Source: Oopsacas minuta (Eukaryota; Animalia; Porifera). Taken from it: a stretch of 64,000 nucleotides of DNA. Positions 52,642-64,000 of the stretch are shown here, one piece after another (position 1 is the stretch's first letter; the number at the start of each line of letters is the position of its first letter). Made by a program: the position numbers and the translations under genes. Location: NCBI GenBank assembly GCA_024704765.1, contig JAKMXF010000295.1, forward strand, positions 372,001-436,000, in the 5' to 3' direction. Below the pieces are notes generated by a model that saw only the letters and a list, made by a program, of their open reading frames with translations, made no database searches and was not told the DNA's origin.

Positions 52642-53050
52642 CGCAAGAAGAAGCAACAATATTGTGAAATTTGGATAAGGAAGACCTTAAGAAATGGGTA
52701 AGAAAAGAAAAGAATAAAAGCAACAAGTAACATTATATACGCCTCAAATATTGTAACAATGGTAAGACAAGGAATGTGCATGAAGAACTCGAAGAATTAT
52801 TTGATTCAAATGAATATTAGCCAAGGAAAAGAAACCTTCGAAAGAACGTACTGGGCACTGTCATATTACTACGAATACATAAACAAGAAAACAGAGAATC
52901 AAGTAGATGAACTTAAAAGAATTGAATATTATCAAAAGCATGATAAGATAAAGACTAAATGAAAATACTGGCAAGTAAACAAAGTTAACACTATAAAATG
53001 ACCTACCGTTCATTGAACTACAAACTATAACGTATATACAATTTGAGAAT

Positions 53051-55122
53051 TCACCAAATATCTTGACAGCTCTTTAACTCAGATAGATCTGGCTCCGAAT
53101 CGTTTTTGGTAATATTACGAAAGGATGCTAAAATTGGATCACTTTGAGAGATAAGCCTGACGAACACATCTTCAACGTTATCCTCAAAGCTAAATTTTCT
53201 TGAGAGTCTCTCACGGTATCGCCCGACCAATTTATTCCAAGATTCAAGGCCTTCTTCAGACAAATCTTCTAAGCCAAACCCATCGTTATGATCTGCAATT
53301 ATTTGTGGTGCATGGGCTAGAAGTTTATGTAAAGTAGGGGTTACATGTGCCCATGAAAAATTGGTTAAAATGGATTCGTAAGTCTCTCGGCATACATTAT
53401 CAAGGCCTTCAGTATCCACTTTCCTGTTGCTATTATACAATCTCAGGATAGCACTCAAATTATTAATGATTGTAGTGACAACTTGATGTGTCTCTTGAGG
53501 AACAACCGTCAATACCCAATAGAGAAAATCTTGCAAAGTATCATCGCTACGTGTGAAGCATCTCCGAACAACATTTCCGGTTGTGGTGGTTCATCCTTGG
53601 ACTGATGGTGTGTCAATGGATATACTAAGTTATTCTTCAATAAGGCTAGTAATAAATTTCTTGGCCCCAAGAATTATTGGCGAAGTTGGTGACCATTTTT
53701 GAATAGCACCACACTGTAAATGGCAAATCAATAATAGGAACCAACTAAATGTTCTCAAATATGCATGTAGAGGGGAAGCTGATATGATATCTTTTTCTGA
53801 GATCGGTTTGTGTGTTATATTGAACCTTTGATTTGTTGGCAAAGATAATTCTTCCTCATCAACCTCATCAAATACATCACGTACATCACGGATAATCCTA
53901 TTTATAGGAAAGCCATTTTGAACTATGCTAATATCGTGTATTTGTTGGAACGTTGCAGTAAACATTTGACAATTAGCACCACCAGCACCGCTTAAGATTT
54001 TTGCCATCTTTGTATCGAAATGAGATCTTATGATCTTAACCTCTGCATTGCCATTGTGTAAACACAAACCACTCTCTTCAATAGTTGAAGTTCGTTATTT
54101 ATTAATGAGTCCATCAAAAACTTGACACCCTCTTCATTTTCTGGAAGGGCTAAGAGGGCAACTGGTCGAGTGCAAAATGGCGAATTTGGATGAGGTTTCC
54201 ATATGATATGATCATTTGCATTTATGATTGCGTTAACCTTGAAACCAAATAAAATGAAGGTTTTAGTCGAGAGGTCAGGGTTAGATATAGCTTGCTGGTA
54301 AACTCGATGTCACCCAGATCCATCTAAGCCATCGGATACTCGAACTTTCAGCGGATAGACTAGGGTATCAGGACTTAAGTTAGATACAATTCGTTCAACT
54401 GTATGGGTGAGTAGTCTGGTGTAAGTAATACCTACTCCACATGGAAATTCTCTATGAATTATACGCACCTCATCCAGCAAATTAATTTGATCCCGATGTT
54501 TAGCTACACTATTGTAGCCTGGTAACTTGAGATCTTCAGATAGTAACGTACGCCGAAGTTCTAATACTTTGTTTAACCGATCTCAAGCGAATCGAAAAGA
54601 AAGGCAGATTTATCAAGTGATAATTGTGGATAGATAGGAGATGAGTTTCCCTTCTCGAGTATCTCTTTATAAACATTGGCACTATTCATGTCCTGCTCCT
54701 CATTGCAACAAAGTAGTAAGAGATAAGTTGCAAGAGTCTTTGGAGATACATGCTTGTTTTTCGCGCTGATTCGAAGTGAGACTTCAGAGAAGAGAGCCGA
54801 TTTCTCAAACCTTTGGTCGTTAAGTCAGCGAGCGATTTCTTTTTTGAAAGATTAAAGTCTTCTTCAAAGTTAATGGTTAATGAAGAAGAGGCACTTAACC
54901 TAGGCTTCTTTGGCAGAGGACAGAAGCACATGGAATTCCAAGTATCAAGCTCCGAATATTTATGAAAAGAGGCTCTCTCTTTTGAATATCATTGAACTTC
55001 AGACGAAAGAAATTTTGCTGATCTCGATCAAAACAATGAGTTGAAATAACTTGGTCTGCGATTGAACGAGTGCTAAGTAATTTATGCTCACAATAAAACT
55101 GAAAAGCTTGAAGGTTGTTCAT
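53051..55122 (-). pseudogene. Near full-length RAG1-like/Transib-superfamily transposase remnant
   Basis: NBD-like KKSLADLTTKGLRNRLSSLK; SDGLDGSG (D at 54322-24); PNSPFCTRPVALLALPENEE; HFDTKM (D at 54014-16); CQMF; LHAYL; TGNVVRRCF; TPTLHKLLAH; SEEGLESWNK (E at 53243-45). Confidence 0.85.
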
Positions 55123-55846
55123 TTTCTAGATAAATAATATATTATTTATTAACAATATTGTAAATACAGGGCTAAAAGTAAGATTATATATACATGCATG
55201 TTTGTTTTATAAGCTTACATAATACATTCTGAAATCTAAGAATTAAGGAACTTTTGACGAAACTTTTTCTCACAGTAGAAGAGTGTTGATTTTTTAATGG
55301 AATCTTTGTAAAAAAACGTGATGAGAACATTTATTTATATTAATTACAAGCTGAATTTTGTAAACACAAGCATAAAATTGTGAATAACTTCACGTTTTGA
55401 TTATATCGCTAATCAACCATAATATTTATATTAATTTTGAAAAGAGAATTTTTAAAATATTAGATAAATCAAAAGTTCATGTGATTGAAACTATATTTGC
55501 GCGAATTTTCGGGAACCTGGAAATTGTTGTATTTATAGAGAATTAACAATGCTATATTATAAAACTCAGGAGACAACTTGACAAAACGCGACAGATGAAG
55601 TTATGAGACTTCGAAGTTGTGTGACGACAGAAATATCCAACAGAAAAATTTATCAAAATATTTAAGCTATTTTAAGGATTTATTATTTGTATTCCGCTTA
55701 TATAATCACTTTAATAAGAGAGTAGTCGAAAATGCAATCGAATGAGGAATTTAAGTTCATTGATATAAATAAATATCTGTGGTTTTCATGAATAATTCCT
55801 GAGCAAGAAATTGTAATGCTTATATATATATACATTCTGGTTGTTC

Positions 55847-57151
55847 CTAAACTAAATGATGGATCATAACAATTTTAGACATTTCAAGTAATTGGATATT
55901 TCTCTTTCCAATGAACTTTAAATGGTTACTAAATATCGGATTGAAATTTTGACCAATTTCTAAGGGGTGTGCCACTGTGCATAATAAGCCTTTGGTTGTT
56001 GATTCTGTTACGGATAGCGACTCCGGTAAGGTGTCCAGACATATTGGATGCTCTATCATATGCTTGGCCTCAGAAATTTGAAAGATCAAGGTTACTACAT
56101 ACAAGAACATCTAAAATAGTGTCGGTCAGAGTAGCAACATCAGTCTGCTCTACCTCTCGAATGCGATCAGGTCTTCATTAATGACATAATTGTTAGCCAC
56201 CGAACGTATACAGATAGAAAATTGTTCTGAGCCAGATTTATCTCTAGTTTCATCTGCAATTAATGACAACCAATTAACTTCTCTAATTTCAATTATGAGG
56301 CCTCGAAGAATATCATGAGCCATCAACTCAAGGAGTTCGTTGACATTGTCATGAGATAGGTATTTCCTTCATGCACCCATGATTGAAAGCCTTAAATATC
56401 TTCTGCTCGACACTTCAATAATTGTATAAGGTTACCATCTTCTTCTTTGTGAACTCGTAAAGCTAGCGCTTGGCGAGCTAAATACCTAACTGATGACAAC
56501 TCCTTCATAAACATTTCTCTATGGTGCATCTGATCACTCTGGAGTTGACTTGATAGTCTTGTAGAAATAGATGGGTGTAAAAGAGACTCGAGCTTCACAC
56601 ATGCCTCTTAGTGCGCTTGACATCTTTCATGATCCCTAAAACGTTCCTTTCCCTTTTTCCAGTTATCAACCCATTAGTGACGGATGTATCTTCAGCATTT
56701 TTGCTGAATTTAATCAACTGCCTTCTTGACTGTTGTTTCGCAAATATAACAGTAAACTTTGTTACGCGTTAGACAATAGTTAAGCCATTTATGATCTTCA
56801 AACCAGGTGCTAAGGAACAGATGCGTTTGTTTTCATTGGATTCTTGTTGATTTTTGGAAATTAATCTTTGGCTGTTAAGGTTTGCACACAACCTTCAGCA
56901 CAGCACTCTGATAAATACTGATCAGTACGTGGAATAAGTTGGTTTCCTTGAGGAAATTTAAAGGAAGAACTAACAATATCTGGCACACTTTCTTCAAATA
57001 TACTACTTATTTCAGATTCTGTGTCAGAATGCTCAATATTTCCTGAACTGGTAGCCCTATTATCTGCAATAAAGTCTAAAGAATATGATTCTCCTGCTCT
57101 AATAGGTTTATTATTCGGAAAAAATGAGAAAATACTTCCTTCTTTTGACAT
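55847..57151 (-). pseudogene. hAT transposase 5' fragment (ZMYM1-like)
   Basis: VYCYIC, NWKKGKERF..HE, RYLARQALALR.H, GNLIQLL, SLIADETRD; truncated. Confidence 0.8.
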
Positions 57152-57403
57152 CTTAAGAAATGTGAAGTTTTCAGAGTAAGGATCTCTTATACAGTTACTA
57201 CGACGTTTCTGATATTTCTCCCACTCTTAGTTCACTACTAGGAATAATTAATCATATGTGCAATTACGCCTACTCAATATACTTAGGCCATTCGAAAGAT
57301 TCCCATCTTTATTTAATATCTTGACACTACATATTACTAATCAAATTTCTACATAAAATGTTCGAAATACTCGCCCTCTAGATCTATGCATAGTTGTAGC
57401 CTT

Positions 57404-57990
57404 TCAACCCACTTCAAAATGTTGTATTATACTCGTCACTGCCCACTGAATTGAGGTAGTGGTAAATCCCGTTCCTAACTCTTGTCGGGCATGAAATAGC
57501 CATCCTCCGAGATGTTTTTTCAGCTCAGAAAATAGCCAGAAATCACAAGGTGATAGATCTTGAAAATACGGAGGATGTTCCATCATTTCAAACCCGATAT
57601 CTTCAATAACTTCCCTAACATATTTGTAACATGAGGTCTGATATTATCGTAGAGAGATTTGATTCCTCGAGTTCCTGCACGCGGACGTCGTGTTTTATAG
57701 ACTTTCTCAACTTCTCTTAAGCATTTATCTGCGTTTGATTCTCTATTGAGTCGTTCTTCTTTAGGCACAGATATTTAAACCACTGGCCCATACGCAACAT
57801 AAAATATGCTGTGGAAAACCTCATCGCCTCGGAAGTCGGGGCGCCTTTTCAGTGGATAAGAACCTTTGGGAGCTACAATTTGCTTTCTTTCTTAAGCAGA
57901 GGTTCAGAAAATTTAATCCAAGTTTCGTCACCTGTAATGATTCATATAACAATCGAGAATCACAATCTCAATAATGTTTAATGCTGTTGA
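57404..57990 (-). pseudogene. mariner transposase remnant (catalytic half)
   Basis: DNIRPHVT and HPPYFQDLSPCDFWLF motifs in broken frames. Confidence 0.75.
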
Positions 57991-58053
57991 GCTATTATTC
58001 ATCTTGATCTATCCTACTTTCAATTTTATCTATTTTCGAGAGTTAACTTTTTC

Positions 58054-61000
58054 ATGGTTTTAAAACACATATCAAGCAAAACCGAACAACGAGATTACAT
58101 AAATATTCGTGCCATACAAGGCCATAAAGCACTCCAGATACAAGAGGATCTGGTCACCGTTTATCACAGGGAAGCTCTCACGTATCCCACTCTAGAGGAA
58201 TGGGCACGTAAATTAAAGGCTGGTAGGGGCAGCATTGAGATGCCCCTCTGACCGGAAGACCAATTTACGCTACGACCCCTGAAATTCTGGAACTTTTGGA
58301 TATTGACTAGGCCGGATCGAGAAAAGTACAAATCGTCGGTTCAACTTCTACCTAAGGGAAAAGTTGCCTTTACCATTTTCTAGGAAATGCGGGACTTAAA
58401 TTTGAAAATATTTCGATTTGAGCCTTGTGGTTCTATATTTTTGCTGTGTCACTTTCGCAAAATTAATTATATTTGTCCGAATTTTCAAATTCCTTTGACT
58501 TAGCCCCTTTATATCTATTATTTGGTAATTATAAGTCGCATATTTGCTATTGAATGGTGTATTAATCGAATTTCTATGTCTGAGGATACTCAAGTTATCA
58601 AGATTTCTTTGCATATTCTATCATCCCCTAATATTATTACACACCCACCCTTTTCTCCGATTATTTGAAAATTACTAGCTTTTTGTCTATCGTAGTATAT
58701 GATTCAAATATGCTATATCAATATATTTAACATGCATAATCTTTCTTTGACTCAAATGCGGGCATTTTTTCTCTTGATGTTAGGGTTGAAAGAATTAATC
58801 CATTTCTCGCATCTTCTCCTATACCTGAACACGAACTATTATTGGCTAATTGAATAGTTCTTTCAACTGCTTGTGTATGGCATGGAGACATGCTGCAATT
58901 TCTAGTGGAGTACGCACACTATAAATTAGTATTTCTTTTGAGATATATTCTGTAAAGGGCGGTTTTGTGATAAAAGAAGCTACCCAATCAATGATATCCG
59001 CATATGTTTCAGCAGTGAACCTTATTGAAGGAAGATTGAATGGGCGAATTTCAATCGGTCTAAATGATGAACTGTTCATTCGGATATCTAAAATAATCTT
59101 CACTGCATTTTGTCTAATTTGTTCATCATTATCTCCATTGTAGATTCTAGTGTTAACTCGAGCTCCATCAGCACCTACCGCCAATAAATTTGAATTACGC
59201 TCCCTGCAAAAGATCAGTCAATTCCCTTGCTATATCTTTGACTTTACCAAAACCTGGTGTTACATGGGCAACATATTGATTCCCCGGTTCAGATAAGACA
59301 GTATAATGTTCTTCATTTGCAGTATCCTGATGCAAATGTCCATCTTCTCTTTCTACCAGTACTCGAGTTTGATCTTAACGGCCATCAAAATATATTGCAG
59401 ATATATCATTGATAGTTTGGTGAGCCTCATTAGCCAATTCCTTTCTCACAGAGAATCTAGATCTACGGAGTTTGTTTCTATCAATAATTTGACCATCTTC
59501 TTCCGGTGTGATAATACCGTAATCTTGCAGTACTGCGTTAGCTATAGCTGCGCCTGCCCGATCGCTAATTTGATATCTATCACACATTATGGCTAAATTT
59601 CGTAATTGATTATGATTACGTGTATGCTTGTGAGTATTAGATGTGCTCGAGTCAAAAGATTTAAACTCTTCAAAGTCACATTCTATAAATTCTTGCGAAG
59701 GTTGAACTGCATGTAATCTCTACATTTCCCTTTCTTCTCTTTCATATTGTGCCTCTTTTCTTTTTTGTTTAACAATATTTTTAGAGGTTGTCATGCAATC
59801 CAAGCTGGATATAACCAATTTTCGAGCGTTTCGCTGATCAAAGAGAAATGGCCACTCACGGGGGTGGTATCTTTTTATCGAGAGAGCAAAAACATTCACC
59901 TTCCTGAATTAGACATTTGCAATTTGAGACATCGAACAAGACATTAAATTCGGAAATAATAGGCTATATACGGTCATGTTGTTGCTTGTTTTGGATACTT
60001 TTCCTTAATATTTAGCTCTCTCAATAATATCAGAATTGATGTACTGTTTCATTTTGAGCTCTGATATAGTGGGTATGGAAGCCAAATTATAGATACGCAC
60101 TAATACTTCAGTTAGTTCTTTCGCTATATCATCTCTAGTTGATTTAGAATCTTCATTTCTAAGCATCTATAATGATTATATATATCAAGTTTGTTGGAAG
60201 TTGATTTTCTGGAATGGGTACTGGATAGCCAAAAATAGGATGAAATACTTTACTACGCGTGTTTTCTGCCATTTCAAAAATAAATAAATTTTAGGAATAT
60301 AATCACTCAATAATATGAATGATTTGATCGAGTATTGATATAGATACTATAATTGACCATAAATTCCATGCTAGATAAATGGTAACTAAGTTAAGAACAA
60401 GAGAAAAGGAATGTTGGTAAAATTTCTTTGTGGTAACCTATTGATGAATATGGATCTAGGTAAAGAAATATAATAAGTTTGGTGATTATATAACAAATTT
60501 TACTAAGAATATAGAATTTTCAAATAATCGGAAAAAAGGGGGGTGGGTAATAATATTAGGGCATGATAGAATATGCAAAAACAATCTTGATAACTTGAGT
60601 ACCCTCGGACATAGAAATTCGATTAATACACCATTCAATAGCAAATATGCGACTTATTATTACCAAATAATAGATATAAAGGGGCTAAGTCAAAGGAATT
60701 TGAAAATTCGAACAAATATAATTAATTTTGCGAAAGTGACACAGCAAAAATATAGAACCACAAGGCTCAAATCGAAATATTTTCAATTTAAGTCTCGCAT
60801 TTTCCTAGAAAATGGTAAAGGAAACTTTACCCTTGGGTAGAAGTTGAACCGACGATTTGTACTCTTCTCGATCCGGCCTAATATTGACCCTCATTAAAGC
60901 GTTGAGGAGATTGCCCAAATCTTGGACATCTCATCGGGAAGTGTTCATAAAATTTTACACGATTATCTCGAATTTCGGAAGATTTCAGCGCGATGGGTAC

Positions 61001-61080
61001 CAAAATACTCACAAAGGGGCAAAAGAAGAAAATGGTTTTGCCCCGAGAATGTTGGTTATTAATCTGGTGAAATTTTGACA
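58054..61080 (+). pseudogene. mariner 5' remnant split by the hATm element
   Basis: HTH1 (EEWARKLKAGR) on the left. After excising 58308-60880 and one TSD the frame reads LELLDIDPH*SVEEIAQILDISSGSVHKILHDYLEFRKISARWVP. Confidence 0.8.
58308..60880 (-). mobile_element. hATm-like element with about 367-bp TIRs, 2573 bp, internally deleted
   Basis: TAGG...CCTA termini and exact 8-bp TSD ATATTGAC (58300-07, 60881-88). Internal CDRYQISDRAGAAIANA, IYFDGR, VGADG..VNT and CH.QA-like motifs. Confidence 0.9.
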
Positions 61081-61403
61081 AATCCAAGTTTTACTGATTA
61101 TCCCCATGCTATTATACTTGCTACATTCAAAATTTCCCATCCTTAGTTTATAGCAGCCAAACCCTACTCGATTACATGAAATGCATAGTATATCTTAATA
61201 GTCCTATCGATTACCTATTAAATTCAAAACTCATGGTTTACCAATATTCATAAATTATCAAACCATAAACCTTAGCCATTTATATAAGGAAATGGCGCGC
61301 TTAATAATTTTGGAATAGGGATTGGATTAGTCAGTTTAAATATTTACATAGTGAAGTTTATTTGTTCCAATAATATCCAATAGGTGCATTTCCCTGAATA
61401 AAT

Positions 61404-61773
61404 CAGGGCCGTGCGAGCCTATTTTTATCTGCCCAGGTTAAACCTAATAATGGAGCATCAGTGCTCCCCATCAGTCATAACTTTTCTGATTCATATGATG
61501 TTTTGAGGAAGCGCTAGTCTAAACATTATGGTTGTATTAATGTGATTACTGTATGTTGTGTGTTTTTCATATAGTTAGTACTACATTTTTCCACCAATTT
61601 ACGTTCATCATAAATAGAGAAGAACGTATTCAGGTCCTCCAAGTTAACTTGTGTGTTTTGGCATAGATGCTAGTACCATATTAGGGTGGGCCTGCCATAT
61701 GGCCAGGTCAAACCTTGAGGAAAAATTCAGCACAGGTTTAACCTGGTTAGTTTGCATTACTAGCACGGCCCAG
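61404..61773. mobile_element. hAT-like MITE
   Basis: CAGGGCCGTGC / GCACGGCCCAG ends with CCAGGTTAAACC subterminal inverted motifs; no TSD match. Confidence 0.5.
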
Positions 61774-61938
61774 TAACTGTATTACTGATACTTAACAAGG
61801 CACAAAGTCTACAACTACAAACATTTCCGGATCGAAATGACGCCATTTGAATGATTACGAAGTAATTTTGTTAACGAAATGTTCCAATTTGGATACACTG
61901 TAAAAAATTCCTTTACAGTCACATATACATATATGATA

Positions 61939-63267
61939 TGAGGGCATTCAATAAGTCTTGCGGGTCATGTTATACTTCAGGAATTAGTCAAATAATATAT
62001 CTAACTTTCATATATTATAAGCCCATAAAGTTAAACTTCATATACTGAAAGTTTCAAGCTTATTCAATACAAATTATGATTTTTGGAGATAATTACGCAT
62101 AGTCAATTCATACCTACTGTTCGATTGATGACTTCAAAGGATGATAATTTCAACCTCAAATAACGAGCTTACATAGAGTTTCGCACAATACTCAAGATCC
62201 AGCCCTTACAGATCTTCAGTGAGTAACAAGAGATATTGTGCGTGGATTGCCCTTCCAGATCCACTGTAGAGCGATGGGCTGCCCGTTTTAGATCTGGTGA
62301 TGCTGATGTCACAAATTTGCCTCGATCTGGAAGACGGGTATCCACCACCACTTCAGTGAATATCGCACTCATTGAAAGTACGGTCTTGGAGGACAAGTGC
62401 ATTATTGTCAATCAGTTAGAACAAAGTATGGAGATTTTATCGGGAGCTATTCATATAATTCTGACGACTGAGCTTGGCTACCGATCGATTTGTGGGAAAT
62501 GGGTCCAGCATAAGTTCAGTGAGTATCAAAGGTTGGCACGAATGAATATTGCCACAAACCTTTAGAAACTTATGAGAACTGCGATTCTAGACGCCTAACA
62601 GAGATTATTACTGGTAACGAGACATGGGTATACTATTCAGCATCATTTGGCAAGTATAAGAAGCGATCATGGGTGAAGGTCGACGAACAACCGGCGAAAA
62701 TTCCTAGATCCGACTTTAGAAAACCTTAGATTATGTATACCATCTTCTTCAATAGTCATGTAATTGTCTTGCAATTACCTTGTGAGAGTGGCAAACCTGT
62801 TACTGCTACTTTCTTTACAAAGCAAGTGCTTCCAAATTTTATAGAAAATATAGAAAATTACCGCCAAAAACCGGAACTATAGGAATGAAATTTTATTGAT
62901 AAAGCCAGTTCCTATACAGCTAAGCTAACCAAAAATTTCTTGGATGTAGAAGGGTTAGAACTACTTCCCAGCCACAATACTCTCCAGACCTAGCTCCTTG
63001 TGATTTTTGGCTATTCCCCAAGCTTAAAATCTACCTTCAAGGCAAAGATTCGGACACACTACAAGCACTGGGAACGGGCCTGTACCAGTACTACAAATCC
63101 ATCTCCGAAATGAGTGCATAAATGTGTTTTACAAGTGGGTTGAAAGGTTAAAACTTTGTGTATCTGCAGGAGGTGATTACATTGAATAAATAATGTAGTG
63201 AATTAGTGTGTATAGTGTTTGTACCCTGTCGTATCATATCACCCGCAAGATTTATTGAACGCCCTAG
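61939..63267 (+). mobile_element. mariner element, 1329 bp, degenerate
   Basis: TA-flanked TIR GAGGGC(A/G)TTCAATAA.TCTTGCGGGT; GKWVQH, ITGNETW, YSPDLAPCDFWLF. Confidence 0.9.
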
Positions 63268-63385
63268 TACATGTTGAAAAGTTGGCTCGTTCTAAAGTTA
63301 TTGTAGTGACCATCGATAGCATATTTTGGTCAATCTTCACTTATAACTTGACAAACTTATAGATATGGCTACATCGTCTTGTAAT

Positions 63386-63560
63386 CAGGTTCTATATACC
63401 CAACTTTCAATACCCTAATACATTTTGATGTAGTCTCAGACCATTAAGACTCAATAGTCAATTATACCATGCGATCATTTTCAAGATTGCGTCATAATGG
63501 TCTTAGATGCGATATCAAAATGTATTAGAAGAGTGTGGGAAGTTGGGCATATAGAACCTG
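63386..63560. mobile_element. Fold-back MITE, 175 bp
   Basis: CAGGTTCTATAT.CCCAAC ends; arms pair over about 65 bp each. Confidence 0.7.
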
Positions 63561-63595
63561 TTTGCATCACAATTTGGCCAAATCTATAAATATTA

Positions 63596-64000
63596 CAAGG
63601 GTTGATCAATAAATAATGATTCTTTTTTTCATAATTCAGATAGTTAACCTATACTTATCATAATTGATTATCAAATGTTTTGATAAATTCTCCCTTTAAC
63701 TTTATATATCGTTTCCATCGTTCTCGTAACTTTTCCAGCCCAGTGGTATAGAATACTTTAGGGGTCCCTTTTTGCCACTGTTTTATTTCATACTCCAGCC
63801 GTTTGAAACCCTCAAATCTCTTCCCTCGAAGAGGTCTCTTCATCTCTCCGGACAGCCAGTAGTCGCTGGGAGCCAGGTCTGGACTATACGGGGGATGAGG
63901 GAGGCATTCGAATCCTAAGTCGTCAATTGCAGCCATTGTCTTGGAGTTTACATGGGGCCTTGCGTTGTCATGTCGCAGCAATATGCCACGTGTCAACTTG
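63596..64000 (-). mobile_element. 3' end of a mariner (DD34D) running off the window
   Basis: HDNARPH...PYSPDLAPSD with 34 residues between the D's; TA-CAAGGG TIR at 63594-63601. Confidence 0.9.

Noticed and set aside
52642-53050. Possible RAG2-like partner convergent with the RAG1-like ORF
   Set aside because: Only short Lys/Glu-rich frames; no kelch or PHD pattern and too little space.
55271-55277. CACAGTA, an RSS-heptamer-like motif near the RAG1-like 5' end
   Set aside because: Wrong orientation to be this element's terminus, and no matching opposite end or 5-bp TSD was found.
58396-60840. Twin near-identical ORFs (58396-58614 minus, 60595-60840 plus)
   Set aside because: Chance frames in the two long TIRs of the hATm-like element.

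Overview
AT-rich eukaryotic (animal-like) genomic DNA; no rRNA, tRNA, CRISPR or operon structure was seen. The only host gene I can support is CPSF1/CPSF160 on the minus strand, in three coding exons (41386-40891, 25238-24612, 10133-7150; about 1368 aa) joined by two phase-1 GT-AG introns of about 15.7 and 14.5 kb. Most of the rest is a graveyard of decayed, often nested cut-and-paste DNA transposons: mariner DD34D, maT DD37D, several hAT lineages, three MULE lineages, Chapaev3-like, P-like, an integrase-type (Ginger-like) element and many MITEs. Many have TIRs and target-site duplications that I could locate by hand. The most unusual items are (1) three diverged remnants of a RAG1/Transib-like transposase, one near full length with NBD-like, DDE and zinc-binding motifs, (2) a decayed integrase-PHD-CXC polyprotein apparently fused to a USP-like protease, facing a Ulp1-like protease remnant, and (3) a three-level nested Mutator complex in CPSF1 intron 2 with a C-terminal RING finger, an apparently identical 580-bp inverted duplication and several fold-back structures. 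An intron-poor CPSF1 plus this TE spectrum suggests an early-branching animal such as a glass sponge; that is inference only. All family assignments come from motif recognition, not database searches.
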